Source of the DNA: Candidatus Latescibacterota bacterium
GTDB taxonomy: Bacteria; Latescibacterota; UBA2968
Direction of reading: 5' to 3'
Assembly: GCA_965198115.1 (NCBI GenBank)
Contig: OZ240241.1
Coordinates: 4,352,001-4,416,000, forward strand
DNA: 64,000 bases
Program-made: the position numbers and the translations under genes
In this document: piece after piece, positions 49,795 through 61,885 of the stretch
Position numbering within the stretch: position 1 is the first letter of the stretch
How the letters are laid out: each line of letters begins with the position of its first letter
Notes under the pieces: generated by a model
Told to the model about the DNA's origin: nothing
Databases searched by the model: none
The model's input: only the letters and a program-made list of their open reading frames with translations

Positions 49795-51612
49795 ATGCTG
49801 TCAACATTTCGCAGTGCAGTTTTTGTCAAAGCCATGATGTGGATCGTTGCGATCGCATTCGTCGGGCTCATCGTCTTCGAGTGGGGTGCCGACTTCAGTA
49901 GCACGGGTGGACGTGGATCGTCCAACCTGGTCGGGATCATCAACGGAAAAGAAGTATCCTACGAGCAGTTCGATCAGCAGCTCCGCAATGCCTATCGCCT
50001 GGAAAAGAACCGAGGCGTCCCCGACCCCGAAATCAGCCGTCTCATCCAGCAGGAATGGGAAGCACTCATCACCCAGACCATTTTTTCAGCGCAGCTAGCC
50101 CACTACCAGATTGAGGCCTCCGACAGAGAAGTCGACTTCCTGAACCGAAACAACCCGCCACAGGAGATTCGGAACATCGACTTCTTCCGAACCGAGGACA
50201 AGTTCGATTTTGCCAAATACCATCAGTTCCTGGATAGTCCGTCGACCTACGCCGACCTGAACAACAAACAGATCGTGCTCTATGCCGAAAACCGGGCACG
50301 AGAGATGGTCCTGACGGGAAAGCTGCAGAATCTCGTAGCCGGCAGCGTCAAGGTGACCGAAACCGAAGTTCGGCGGGCCTGGCTCGACAAAAACGAAAAG
50401 GTCCGCGTCGAATACGCTGGTATAGAGGCGGCGCGATTGGCGGATTCCCTCGTCACCTTCCAGGAATCCGAACTCCTAGACCACTACGAGACGAACAGAC
50501 AGGAGTTCCATCAGAAAGAAGCGATCAGGGCATCCTTCGTCTCCTTCCCCAAGGCGGCGACCAGCCGCGACGAGATCTACGCTCGCAACGAGATTCATCG
50601 CATTCGTGAAGAGCTCGATTCGGGCGGCGACTTCGCTCGGCTGGCCACCGAGTACTCCGATGACCCGGGAAGTGCACGAAAGGGAGGCGACCTGGGCTTC
50701 TTCGGTCGGGGTCGAATGGTCAAGGCGTTCGAGGACACGGCTTTCACCCTCGCCGACGGGATGATGTCCCGACCTTTCCGAACCCAATTCGGCTGGCACA
50801 TCGTCAAAGTCGAGGAAACGCGCGGTGACGGCGACAGCCTCGAGGTCCACGCCCGCCACATCCTTCTACAGGTAGAACCCGGCAGAGACACGGTCGACAG
50901 CCTCCGACTCGTGGCTGAAGAATTCGTTGAAAGGGCCGAAGAATCCGGTTTTGCCAGCGCAGCCAGCAGACTTGGAATCGAACCGAACGACTCCGGCTTC
51001 ATCACGGCCGGCTCTTTCTTCCCACTCCTCGGAAACAAGACCTCGGGACTCGTAAACGGCTTCCTCGAGGCACAGCCGGGTCACGTATCACAGGTATTCG
51101 ACACCGAGCGCGGTCTCTATGCCTTTGCTTTGGCGGACAAACGCAACGCGGGGGTTCGGCCCTTCGATGAAGTGCGAAACCAGATCGCGGGCCGGGTACG
51201 CCGGGAGAAGAAGCTGGCGCTGGCACAGGCCAGAGTCGAACAGTTCAGAAACGAAATCGGACCGGGCGGCGCACTCGCCTCCGACGACGACCTTCGGCAC
51301 GCATCGCCAGAGCCGTTTTCCCGGACGGATTTCGTTCCCGTCGTCGGGAGCAGAAATGCCTTTGTTGGAGCCGCGTTCGAACTGCCCATCGGCGAACTGA
51401 GCGAAGTGGTCGTGACTCAGAACGGGGCCTATGTCCTCAGAGTCCTCGACCGAACAGAGGCCGACACCACATCTTATTCGACCGACCGAACGACGCTCGA
51501 AGGTCAAATGCTCGAGCAAAAGAGAAACGACTTGGCGGAGGCGTGGCTCGGCGATCTCCGGAACAAGGCCGAAGTCACCGATTACCGTCACCGATTCTAT
51601 TCTGAATTCTGA
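49795..51612 (+). CDS. PpiD/SurA-like parvulin peptidyl-prolyl isomerase
   Basis: N-terminal TM, SurA_N-like region, DFARLATEYSDDPGSARKGGDLGFF...FED.AF...TQFGWHIVKV. Confidence 0.88.
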   Translation: MLSTFRSAVFVKAMMWIVAIAFVGLIVFEWGADFSSTGGRGSSNLVGIINGKEVSYEQFDQQLRNAYRLEKNRGVPDPEISRLIQQEWEALITQTIFSAQLAHYQIEASDREVDFLNRNNPPQEIRNIDFFRTEDKFDFAKYHQFLDSPSTYADLNNKQIVLYAENRAREMVLTGKLQNLVAGSVKVTETEVRRAWLDKNEKVRVEYAGIEAARLADSLVTFQESELLDHYETNRQEFHQKEAIRASFVSFPKAATSRDEIYARNEIHRIREELDSGGDFARLATEYSDDPGSARKGGDLGFFGRGRMVKAFEDTAFTLADGMMSRPFRTQFGWHIVKVEETRGDGDSLEVHARHILLQVEPGRDTVDSLRLVAEEFVERAEESGFASAASRLGIEPNDSGFITAGSFFPLLGNKTSGLVNGFLEAQPGHVSQVFDTERGLYAFALADKRNAGVRPFDEVRNQIAGRVRREKKLALAQARVEQFRNEIGPGGALASDDDLRHASPEPFSRTDFVPVVGSRNAFVGAAFELPIGELSEVVVTQNGAYVLRVLDRTEADTTSYSTDRTTLEGQMLEQKRNDLAEAWLGDLRNKAEVTDYRHRFYSEF

Positions 51613-51651
51613 GATGTGCGCATCGGACCCGCAAGATGGAGACACGACACC

Positions 51652-52353
51652 ATGGCCGTTGTCACCGTGTCACGTCAACTCGGGAGCGCGGGCGACCTCA
51701 TTGCCGCGGCCGCAGCCAGGGAATTGCGTTACGACCTCGTCGACAAGGATCTCATCACCGAGGTCGCGCGTGAAGCCAACGTTTCCGAAGAGGAAGTCGA
51801 ACGCTTCGACGAACAGGCCACGAGCCCGATCAAACAGTTCCTGCACAGCCTGATCACACCATCCAAAACGGTGCCTGTTCCCCCTGCCATGCTCTGGGGA
51901 CTCGAATACCCGTACGAAGTGTCGGCCTCGCTGCTCGCCGAGGATGGTGCCGATTCCGAAGATCGCCATTTTCTCGACCACCAAAGCTACCTCCAGTTTC
52001 TGCGTGCAACGGTCAATCGGTTGCACGGCCGTGGGAGCGTCGTCATCGTCGGACGTGGCGGGCAAGCCATTCTCAAAGAAGAGGACGACGTCGTTCACAT
52101 CCGAACCGTCGCCCCCATCGACCATCGCGTCAAAACCGTTTGCAGTCGCTACGACGTGGCCGAAGGTGAGGCAAAGGAAATGATTCGGTCGAGCGACAGA
52201 CGACGATCGGCATACGTAAAGAGCAACTACGGACTCGATTGGAGCGACGGCTCCAACTATCACCTGGTCATCAACACGGGCTCGGTACCCGACGACGTAG
52301 CTGCTATCCTCGTCGGGGGCGCTGTTCGAGCATTGGAAGGGAAAAGTGCGTAA
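51652..52353 (+). CDS. Cytidylate kinase-like family protein
   Basis: VVTVSRQLGSAG..IA...A..L.Y.LVD, VVIVGRGG, SDRRRSAY, YHLVINT. Confidence 0.85.
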   Translation: MAVVTVSRQLGSAGDLIAAAAARELRYDLVDKDLITEVAREANVSEEEVERFDEQATSPIKQFLHSLITPSKTVPVPPAMLWGLEYPYEVSASLLAEDGADSEDRHFLDHQSYLQFLRATVNRLHGRGSVVIVGRGGQAILKEEDDVVHIRTVAPIDHRVKTVCSRYDVAEGEAKEMIRSSDRRRSAYVKSNYGLDWSDGSNYHLVINTGSVPDDVAAILVGGAVRALEGKSA

Positions 52354-54097
52354 CCACCCGTTTCGAATCGCCCTTGCCCAGGCCGATTTCACAGTCGGTG
52401 ACATCGACCGGAACCGAGACCGTATCATCCAGCTGATCTCCCGGGCCCGTGACCGACACGTATCCCTGATCGCCTTCCCGGAGTTGGCCATCACGGGCTA
52501 CCCGCCCGAAGACCTCCTGTTCAAGCCCAAGTTCATCGACGCGAATCTGCGAGCCCTCGAAGCGATCCACAAGGAGACAGCCGGGTTGACGGCGATCGTC
52601 GGATTCGTGGATCGCCAGGACGACATCTACAACGCCGCAGCCATCCTCAGCGACGGCCAGTGTGTGGCTGTCCACCACAAGTGCTTCCTCCCCAACTATG
52701 GGGTGTTCGACGAGGACAGGTATTTTCAAGCCGGAACGGAGAGCAGTGTCTTTCGATTCGACGGAGTCACGTTTGGCGTCAACATCTGCGAGGACATCTG
52801 GTATCCGGGTGGACCGGCGAGAGAGCAGGCACTCCTGGGCGACGCCGAGCTCATCGTCAACATATCCTCTTCACCCTTCCACGACGGCAAAGGCCTGATG
52901 CGCGAGCAGATGCTCGCCACTCGTGCGGCCGACTACGGGGCGATCCTCGCATTCTGTAACCTCGTCGGCGGCCAGGACGAGCTCGTTTTCGACGGGGGCA
53001 GTCTGGTTGTCGACCAGACAGGTTCGGTCATCGCCCGCGCAAACCGGTTCGATGAGCAGTTGCTCGTTGCCGATCTCGATATCGAGGCCGTCTTCAGACA
53101 CCGGCTTCACGACCCGCGGCGCAGGAAAGAGAAACAGATGGCGGAGGGCGGCGTATCATCCATCCTTCTCGGAGGCGTTGCCGCTCGCCCACCCGAAGGG
53201 CCGACCGACAATCTGGTGCCCATTCCTCCATCGTTCGACCCGGAGCAGCGGCTGCCCGATGTCTATCGCGCGCTCGTCGTCGGGACACGAGATTATGTCC
53301 GCAAGAACGGATTTGAAAAGGTGCTCATCGGTCTGTCTGGCGGAATCGATTCGGCCCTCGTCGCCGTCATCGCGATCGACGCGCTCGGTGTGGAGAACGT
53401 GGGCCTGGTCACCATGCCATCCCGGTTTTCGTCGGACGACACCAAATCCGACGCTCAATCCATGGCCGACGGACTCGGCGCAAGCCTGCTGACGATGCCC
53501 ATCCAGAGCATCTTCGAAACGTATCTTGGCGAACTGTCCGACGAATTCGAGGGAAGGCCTTTCGATACCGCAGAAGAGAACCTGCAACCCCGGATTCGCG
53601 GCAACCTGCTGATGGCCCTGTCGAACAAATTCGGATGGCTGGTCCTCACAACCGGCAACAAGAGCGAAATGAGCATGGGCTACGCCACACTATACGGCGA
53701 CATGGCCGGCGGATTCGCCGTCATCAAAGACATCTACAAAACGCTCGTCTACGACCTCGCGCACTACCGAAACAGCCTCGATACGACCCCCGCCATCCCG
53801 CCATCCATCATCGAACGGCCGCCCACAGCGGAACTGCGAGAGAATCAGTTCGACACGGACAGCCTGCCGCCCTACGACGTGCTCGACCCCATTCTCCAGG
53901 CATACGTCGAAGAAGACAAGAGTCAGCAGGAGATCGTCTCCCTCGGCTACGACGAGAAACTCGTGCAGCGCATCATCCGAACCGTCGACCTGAACGAATA
54001 CAAACGCAGGCAGTCTCCCCCAGGCATCAAGATCACCCAGCGAGCGTTCGGGCGAGACCGGCGTCTACCCATCACGAACCGCTGTCGCGAATACTGA
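52346..54097 (+). CDS. nadE: Glutamine-dependent NAD+ synthetase
   Basis: FPELAITGYPPEDLL, LPNYGVFDE, ICEDIW, GLSGGIDSA, ENLQPRIRG, TTGNKSE, NEYKRRQ. Confidence 0.96.
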   Translation: MRNHPFRIALAQADFTVGDIDRNRDRIIQLISRARDRHVSLIAFPELAITGYPPEDLLFKPKFIDANLRALEAIHKETAGLTAIVGFVDRQDDIYNAAAILSDGQCVAVHHKCFLPNYGVFDEDRYFQAGTESSVFRFDGVTFGVNICEDIWYPGGPAREQALLGDAELIVNISSSPFHDGKGLMREQMLATRAADYGAILAFCNLVGGQDELVFDGGSLVVDQTGSVIARANRFDEQLLVADLDIEAVFRHRLHDPRRRKEKQMAEGGVSSILLGGVAARPPEGPTDNLVPIPPSFDPEQRLPDVYRALVVGTRDYVRKNGFEKVLIGLSGGIDSALVAVIAIDALGVENVGLVTMPSRFSSDDTKSDAQSMADGLGASLLTMPIQSIFETYLGELSDEFEGRPFDTAEENLQPRIRGNLLMALSNKFGWLVLTTGNKSEMSMGYATLYGDMAGGFAVIKDIYKTLVYDLAHYRNSLDTTPAIPPSIIERPPTAELRENQFDTDSLPPYDVLDPILQAYVEEDKSQQEIVSLGYDEKLVQRIIRTVDLNEYKRRQSPPGIKITQRAFGRDRRLPITNRCREY

Positions 54098-54117
54098 GTT
54101 AGCTCTCGGCTGGACGC

Positions 54118-54153
54118 AAAAGACCCACGCGATCGTTCATCGCGTGGGTCTTT
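54118..54153. terminator. Bidirectional terminator between nadE and atpC
   Basis: AAAAGACCCACGCGAT-loop-ATCGCGTGGGTCTTT. Confidence 0.82.
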
Positions 54154-54178
54154 CCTCATTGCCTTCTTCTCGTGGTGC

Positions 54179-54573
54179 CTAAGAAATCCTCAGACGATTG
54201 AGCGCCTTCTCCAAAGCGGCCTCCGCACGTACAACATCGATGTCGGGATTTCTTGGCTTCACGAGCCGCTGTTGAGCCCGTTCCCGCGCTCCCTCCGCCC
54301 GCGCCGATCGATGTCCTCGGACAATTCGGCGGTTTCCGCCAGAATCGTGACCCGGTCTCTCAACACCTCGGCAAACCCCCCGCTGACCGAGGCCAACCGC
54401 TCGTCCCCTCCGTCTTCGCGGAAAATCAACGACCCTGTCCTGAGGGCCGACACCATTGGTTGGTGCCCCGTCAACACACCGAATCCCCCGTCCACACCAG
54501 ATGCCCGAAGACGGCTGATCGTCCCCGTATAGAGCGTGCGCTCCGGTGTCACAATTTCAAGTTCGTATGCCAT
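54179..54573 (-). CDS. atpC: ATP synthase epsilon subunit; frameshift at about 54304, likely assembly error
   Basis: LEIVTPER, GVLTGHQP, VSGGFAEV; adding one G restores DIDRARAEGARERAQQRL...RAEAALEKALNRL. Confidence 0.9.
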
Positions 54574-54624
54574 GGTCTTCGCGAATGCCCAACTATTGTG
54601 CCCAATTCCTATTTCCCAATTTTC

Positions 54625-56139
<1,515 letters not shown>

Positions 56140-56168
56140 TTACTTGGTGTCTTTGTGTCTTAGTGGTT

Positions 56169-57023
56169 CTAGGCGACCGCTTCCGCGCCGCCGATGATGT
56201 CCATCAGCTCGAGCGTGATGGCCGTCTGACGTGCTTTGTTCACGTCCCGGGTCAGCTCTTCGATCAGATCGCCCGCGTTCTTCGTGGCGTTGTCCATGGC
56301 CTGCATGCGGGAGGCTTGTTCACCCGCATTCGATTCCAGCAACGCTCGCCAGACCTGGAAGTTCACGTGTCGGGGTACCAGGCTGTCCATCAGCCGCTCG
56401 GGATCGGGCTCGAAGATGAACTCGCCGGGCTCGTCTTCCCCCGATTCCGACGGAAGGATCGGCAGAAGCTGGTGCGCCACGGGAATCTGTTGGGCAACCG
56501 AACGAAACTCGTTGTAAACGAGGACCACACGATCGACTTCGCCGGTCCTGAATCGCCTCGATAGATCACCGGCGATCGTCATCGCGCTCGAAAACGCGAG
56601 ATCGCGGAACACGTCGATGTAGTCAGCTACGACGTTGTAGTCGCGGTTGGCAAGGAAATTCCGGCCTTTCCTGCCAATCGCGACGAGCAACAGGTCGGCA
56701 CCCCCGAGCTCGCTCGCCTCGGTGGCCAGACGACGGCACGCGCTGGCGTTAAAGCCGCCGCACAGGCCGCGGTCGGAAGTGATCAGCGCGATGGCGACCC
56801 GCTCGACCGGCCGCTCAGCGAACATCGGATTCTGGCTCGTATCTACAGATCCGCTGAGTCGACGGAGGATGCTATCTAGTTTTTCCGCGTAAGGCCGAGC
56901 AGCCAGGATATCCTCCTGAGCCTTGCGCATGCGGGCAGCAGCGACCAGCTGCATCGCATTGGTCACACGCTGAATGTTCTTGATACTCGCAACGCGAGTG
57001 CGAAGCTGCTTCAGAGTCGCCAA
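56169..57023 (-). CDS. atpG: ATP synthase gamma subunit
   Basis: ITSDRGLCGGFN, EQASRMQAMDNATKNA, RQTAITLEL; TTG start. Confidence 0.97.
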   Translation of the reverse strand: MATLKQLRTRVASIKNIQRVTNAMQLVAAARMRKAQEDILAARPYAEKLDSILRRLSGSVDTSQNPMFAERPVERVAIALITSDRGLCGGFNASACRRLATEASELGGADLLLVAIGRKGRNFLANRDYNVVADYIDVFRDLAFSSAMTIAGDLSRRFRTGEVDRVVLVYNEFRSVAQQIPVAHQLLPILPSESGEDEPGEFIFEPDPERLMDSLVPRHVNFQVWRALLESNAGEQASRMQAMDNATKNAGDLIEELTRDVNKARQTAITLELMDIIGGAEAVA

Positions 57024-57132
57024 ATCTTCCCCTTCTCTAGGCGTCCCTGTGCACAGCACAGGGACGAGCGCGTCGTCTTAATAAGAAGAACACGAGCGGC
57101 GCCCGCTCGCCCTCGTGCTGAGCACGAGGGCG

Positions 57133-58650
57133 TCAGCTTCCTTGGAATCCACCCTTGAAGCTATCGACGGCCGCATCCAGCTTTTCCTTCATCTCGTCGC
57201 TAAGATCGAGCGTCTCATCCACCGACTGAATGATGTCGGGGTGGCCGTCGCGGATGTATTCAAGCAACTCCTTCTCAAACCGCTGGAGATCCTGTGTGGG
57301 GACGTCGTCAACCTTCGACGCCGAGAACAGAACCACGGTCTGCTCACCCAACGACTGAGGCGAAAACTGGTTCTGCTTCAGCAGCTCGGTCAGCTTCTCT
57401 CCGCGGTTCAGGACGTCGCGTGTTGCTTGGTCCAGACCCTCCGTGCCAAACTGTGCGAACGCTTTGACCTCATTGTATTGAGACAGATCCCCCTTCAGCG
57501 TACCGGCAACCGCACGCATCGCGCGACTTCTCGCGGACGACACTCGCGATACCGACGCACCGACGTCCATCGCAGGTCGGATACCCGCGTAAAAGAGTTC
57601 GGGTTTGAGCAGGATCTGACCGTCCGTAATCGAAATCACGTTGGTCGGGACGAACGTCGACACGTCGCCTTCCAAAATCTCGATCACGGGCAGCGCCGTC
57701 AACGATCCTCCACCAAGCTCGTCGTTCATTTTTGTTGCTCGTTCCAGCAGACGGGAGTGGAGATAGAAGACGTCACCCGGATAGGCCTCACGACCGGGAG
57801 GCCTTCGGAGCACCAGCGCCATCTCCCGATACGCCCACGCTTGCTTCGAGAGATCGTCGTAGATGATCAGCGCGTGCTCACCCTTGTCCCGGAAATACTC
57901 GCCCATTGAGCATCCGGCGTACGGGGCAAGAAACTGGAGCGGGGCCGGGTCGCTCGCCGTCGCCGAAACTACGATCGTGTAGTCCATCGCCCCGGCACGT
58001 TCGAGCTCACCCACCACTTTGGCGACCGTCGATGCTTTTTGCCCGATCGCAACGTAGATACACTTGAGACCCGAGTCCTTCTGGTTGATGATCGTATCGA
58101 GCGCGATCGCCGTCTTGCCCGTCTGACGATCCCCGATGATCAGTTCACGCTGTCCTCGCCCGATCGGCACTGTCGAGTCGATCACCTTGATGCCGGTCAT
58201 CATCGGCTCTACAACAGGCTGACGCGCCATCACACCCGGCGCGATACGCTCGACCGGCAACGTCTGATCGGAGGAGACGGGGCCCTTTCCATCGATCGGC
58301 TGCCCGAGTGGATTGACCACGCGTCCAAGCAGTCCTTCGCCAACCGGAACTTCGACAATCCGTTCCGTCCGCTTGACCGTATCGCCTTCGCGAATTTGGG
58401 TATCGTCACCGAACAGGACGCACCCGACGTTGTCAGCTTCAAGGTTCAGGGCCATGCCCATGATGTCGTTCGGGAATTGAACAAGCTCGCTGGCTTGCAC
58501 ATTCCCCAATCCGTGCACGCGAGCGACGCCGTCACCGACCTGGATCACCGTACCGGTCTCGTAGACATCGACTTCGCGTCTGGCCTCGAGAATCTGTTGC
58601 TTCAGGATATCGGAGATTTCGTCGGGTCGTATCTGTAAATTCGTCGCCAT
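57133..58650 (-). CDS. atpA: ATP synthase alpha subunit
   Basis: [42 protein letters not shown]. Confidence 0.98.
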   Translation of the reverse strand: MATNLQIRPDEISDILKQQILEARREVDVYETGTVIQVGDGVARVHGLGNVQASELVQFPNDIMGMALNLEADNVGCVLFGDDTQIREGDTVKRTERIVEVPVGEGLLGRVVNPLGQPIDGKGPVSSDQTLPVERIAPGVMARQPVVEPMMTGIKVIDSTVPIGRGQRELIIGDRQTGKTAIALDTIINQKDSGLKCIYVAIGQKASTVAKVVGELERAGAMDYTIVVSATASDPAPLQFLAPYAGCSMGEYFRDKGEHALIIYDDLSKQAWAYREMALVLRRPPGREAYPGDVFYLHSRLLERATKMNDELGGGSLTALPVIEILEGDVSTFVPTNVISITDGQILLKPELFYAGIRPAMDVGASVSRVSSARSRAMRAVAGTLKGDLSQYNEVKAFAQFGTEGLDQATRDVLNRGEKLTELLKQNQFSPQSLGEQTVVLFSASKVDDVPTQDLQRFEKELLEYIRDGHPDIIQSVDETLDLSDEMKEKLDAAVDSFKGGFQGS

Positions 58651-58712
58651 TTACAACAATCCTCGGTTTTGTTTTCCGCTGCACTTCACAAGGTCGAAAC
58701 TCGCTCTCCGAA

Positions 58713-59255
58713 TCAAGCTCCCGCCCTCAGCGCGTTGTGAAGCCGATCGACCATCGATTCGAGTGTGCCATCGAAGACCTGGTCACCAAGCCGTGCGATA
58801 AACCCCGCCTTCAGACTGGGATCGACACTCGTTTCGACACGAACATCTTTTCCGGAATACGTCGACAATTTGGCCTCCAGTTGACCGACTTGTTCATCCG
58901 TCAGCTCGATTGCAGAGGTGACTTCGGCAGTCGCCACGCCACGTCGATCTGCCATCAGAGTCACATAATCGCGCAACATCTCCGTGAGCAGGCGTTCCCT
59001 GCGCTTTTCGCAGAGCAACAACAGAAAGTTGAGCGTCAGGTCCTGTAGTTTGCCCTCGAAAAGTCGCGTGAAGGCGTCCCGCTTTTGTTGCGGGAGGATG
59101 AACGGGTCTTCCGTGTAGCTGACAAAATCATTCGACGCATCCAAGAGCTCGATGAGGCCTTCGACATCGGATTGAACCTCGTCGAGCAGGCCGCGTTCTT
59201 CTGCCGCACTGGCCAGGGCCTCTGTGTAACGTTGGGATACGCCAGTCTGACTCAA
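58713..59255 (-). CDS. atpH: ATP synthase delta subunit
   Basis: RYTEAL, NFLLLL.EKRR, AEVTSA, VDPSLKAG...GDQVFDG. Confidence 0.95.
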   Translation of the reverse strand: MSQTGVSQRYTEALASAAEERGLLDEVQSDVEGLIELLDASNDFVSYTEDPFILPQQKRDAFTRLFEGKLQDLTLNFLLLLCEKRRERLLTEMLRDYVTLMADRRGVATAEVTSAIELTDEQVGQLEAKLSTYSGKDVRVETSVDPSLKAGFIARLGDQVFDGTLESMVDRLHNALRAGA

Positions 59256-59406
59256 ACAATCACTCCGATCTTTGTCTTACAACCAACAAGTAGCGGAATC
59301 GCTTTTCACGCCACCCGGCCGTATCTCAAACGCACTCCCGCTTAGGGCCGACCAACTCATCGGTGGTCCCTCTGTGTGCTCCGTGTCCTCAGTGGTTTCT
59401 TCGTTT

Positions 59407-59901
59407 TCAGTTCGGCGACTCCGGCATACGCGAAATCACATCATCCGCGATCTGCCGGCTTCGGTTTTCGTCGATCTGCTCGTCCAATATCTTTCGCGTG
59501 GCCAGGATGGCCATGTCGGCCACCTCATTCCGCAGTTCCTGGACCGCCTGGTTCTTTTCCTGCTCGATCGTGCGTCGCGCTTGCTCGAGCATCTGTGTGG
59601 CCTCGCCCTCTGCGCGCTCACGCACCTCTTGGGCGACGCGTTCGGCCAGCTCGCGGCCCTCCGCGATGGCGGCCCGAGCTTCTACTTGTGCTTGCTCGAG
59701 CGCTGCCCTGTTCTCATCGGCCTGCTGTTCGGCTTCTTCACGAGCTCTGTCGGCCTGGGCAAGCGCATCGGTGATGCGTTGTTCCCGCTCGTCGAGCATG
59801 GTCAGCAGGGGTTTCCACGCGACCGCCCGGAGCACCACCAACAACAGCAGAAACGTGACGATGGTCCAGATGATGAGACCGGGCTCGATATTCAGTAACA
59901 T
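59407..59901 (-). CDS. atpF: ATP synthase F0 subunit b
   Basis: PGLIIWTIVTFLLLL...AWKPLL.MLDERE..I, coiled coil. Confidence 0.95.
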   Translation of the reverse strand: MLLNIEPGLIIWTIVTFLLLLVVLRAVAWKPLLTMLDEREQRITDALAQADRAREEAEQQADENRAALEQAQVEARAAIAEGRELAERVAQEVRERAEGEATQMLEQARRTIEQEKNQAVQELRNEVADMAILATRKILDEQIDENRSRQIADDVISRMPESPN

Positions 59902-59956
59902 GCCGCTCTCCTGTTAATAATGTCTTCTGTCACCCTGAGGTGACTTCCCTCTCGAC

Positions 59957-60208
59957 TCAACCGCCCTTGGTCGCCAGGAGGAAGCAGACAACCTGCCCGA
60001 ACAGTGCGACACTTTCGATAAAGGCTGCCGTGATAATCATCGAGGTACGGATGTCGTTCGCAGCCTCGGGCTGGCGCGCGGTACCTTCGACCGCCATGCC
60101 GGCCAACCGGCCAATACCCAGACCAGCGCCGATCGTGACAAGTCCTGCACCGATGCCGGCTGAAAGATACCCATATGCTTCGGATGCCAATGCTGCTTCA
60201 GCTGCCAC
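59957..60208 (-). CDS. atpE: ATP synthase F0 subunit c
   Basis: GAGLGIG, ARQPE, AAFIES; GTG start with GGAGG RBS. Confidence 0.95.
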   Translation of the reverse strand: MAAEAALASEAYGYLSAGIGAGLVTIGAGLGIGRLAGMAVEGTARQPEAANDIRTSMIITAAFIESVALFGQVVCFLLATKGG

Positions 60209-60359
60209 AGAACACCTCCAGAGAAATGACGAGTTGAAATCTGATCCACGAATGTCGTTTCGGTAAGCCCTCGAGTGCCATCCGCAAACACTCAAAGACA
60301 GGGTTTATCTCCCCCTCTCCCCAACCCCTGCTCCCACTAGGGGTGACCGGGTGGAGTGG

Positions 60360-61175
60360 CTAGTGCTCCTGATGCACCGCCATGCCGATAAACACGGCCG
60401 AAAGCATCGTGAAGATGTAGGCCTGGACGAGTGCCACAAATATTTCAAGCAGATAGATGGCCAGCGAAAACGGAACCGCCACCAGGGCAACCGCGTATGC
60501 CTTGAAGAGGAAAATCAGACCCAACAGGGCGAGAATGATCACGTGTCCAGCCGTCATGTTTGCGAAGAGCCGAATACAGAGCGCAAAGGGTTTGGTCAGA
60601 AGACCGATGATCTCTATCGGGACCATTAATACCGTGATCGGCAGCGGTAGTCCGTGGGGGACCAAACCTTTGAAATAGCCGAAGAATCCATTGTGAATGA
60701 TGCCGCCGATCTGAATTGTCAGGAACGCGCAGATGGCGAGTCCCGCCGTCACACTCACGTTGCCCGTAGGGGTGGCCCCGTAGGGAATCAACCCAAGAAG
60801 ATTGCAGGTTAGAATGAAGAAGAAGATCGTGAGCAGGAACGGCATGAACTTACGATACTCCTGGTCTCCGATATTCGGCTTTGCGATCTCGTCGCGAATA
60901 AAGAGAACGATCGCTTCGAGCATGTTGCCGAAACCGCGGGGGACCAGGCCACGCCCACGGGTGGTCACGAAGAAAGCGACCACCAGGAAGAGGGTGGCGA
61001 TCCACATCATCACCACGTGGCGGGTGATTGAAACGTCGATCCCGAATAGCTCCAGGTGTGGCAGATGAATGTGGCCGAACGGAGCGTGGATGTCCGGCCC
61101 ATCCAGCAGGTGCTCCATGATGTAATCGTTGCCCGCACCGTGTTCAGCAGCGGCCTGTCCTTCTGAAGCCATCAT
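60360..61175 (-). CDS. atpB: ATP synthase F0 subunit a
   Basis: FFILTCNLLGLIP, PIEIIG...KPFALCIRLFANMTAGH, LQ-type VQAYIFTML. Confidence 0.96.
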   Translation of the reverse strand: MMASEGQAAAEHGAGNDYIMEHLLDGPDIHAPFGHIHLPHLELFGIDVSITRHVVMMWIATLFLVVAFFVTTRGRGLVPRGFGNMLEAIVLFIRDEIAKPNIGDQEYRKFMPFLLTIFFFILTCNLLGLIPYGATPTGNVSVTAGLAICAFLTIQIGGIIHNGFFGYFKGLVPHGLPLPITVLMVPIEIIGLLTKPFALCIRLFANMTAGHVIILALLGLIFLFKAYAVALVAVPFSLAIYLLEIFVALVQAYIFTMLSAVFIGMAVHQEH

Positions 61176-61576
61176 CAAACTCCTTCTACCGAACCGGGTT
61201 GACGGCCGGTCAGAAATCGAATCTCCAGCGTCTGGTAGATGATGTAGAACAGGAAAAGCGACAAACCCAACCCGAGAACCGAAACCTCGGTCAATCTTAC
61301 GATCAGAACGAAAGTCACGCAGATGGCGATCATCCGCAGCGCCATCCCCCCCAGCAGCGTCTTCAAAAAGACGGGTTGCGGCTTGTCGAACGCCCACAAA
61401 GCGGAGGCTCCCCCGATCAGGACGTTCACGGTGCTGATGCCGCATCCAATCGCGGCCGCGAGCAGCACCTCCCTACCCCACCTTGCGTAGACCGGATACG
61501 CCAGTAGAACGAACGCGATACCCAGCGTGATGCCGATCTGCTTGAAGAATTTGCCGATATCTCGCGACGCACTCAC
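61175..61576 (-). CDS. atpI: ATP synthase protein I-like membrane protein
   Basis: Four TM segments with GMALR motif, directly upstream of atpB. Confidence 0.7.
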   Translation of the reverse strand: MSASRDIGKFFKQIGITLGIAFVLLAYPVYARWGREVLLAAAIGCGISTVNVLIGGASALWAFDKPQPVFLKTLLGGMALRMIAICVTFVLIVRLTEVSVLGLGLSLFLFYIIYQTLEIRFLTGRQPGSVEGV

Positions 61577-61845
61577 CGGTCTGCCGTCTCGTCCGTGTCC
61601 CGCTCCTCGCGTGCCCGATCACTTAGACGATTGACCGCTCGCAACAGGTGCCAGGTCGCGGCCCCTGTTCCTACTAGGAGACCGACCAGGGCCAGGATCG
61701 GTTCCGTCCCCACCTTTCCGTCCAACCACCGACCCGCAATGAAGCACAGAATCACCGTCGCGGCAAACTCAATCCCCAATCCCATGTAGGGACCGGCCTT
61801 GCGATACGCTTCACCAGGCCCCGATCCCTTCAGCATCTCCGACAC
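61573..61845 (-). CDS. AtpZ/AtpI (ATPase gene 1) family protein
   Basis: LGIEFA...GRWLDGKVGTEP...GLLVG. Confidence 0.8.
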   Translation of the reverse strand: MSEMLKGSGPGEAYRKAGPYMGLGIEFAATVILCFIAGRWLDGKVGTEPILALVGLLVGTGAATWHLLRAVNRLSDRAREERDTDETADR

Positions 61846-61885
61846 CTCCAGACGCGAGAGCTCCAGGGGCTGTGCACGACCTGAA

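Noticed and set aside
54259-54310. Apparently truncated atpC, possible programmed frameshift
   Set aside because: Adding one G restores the canonical C-terminal helices. The same G-run loss occurs at 4473 and 10635, so assembly error is the most likely cause
59957-60208. Na+-coupled ATP synthase (ES in subunit c, near mrpD)
   Set aside because: Helix 1 has I rather than Q/E (GLGIG), and ESVALF lacks the T and Y of the ESTxxY signature, so it is likely H+-type
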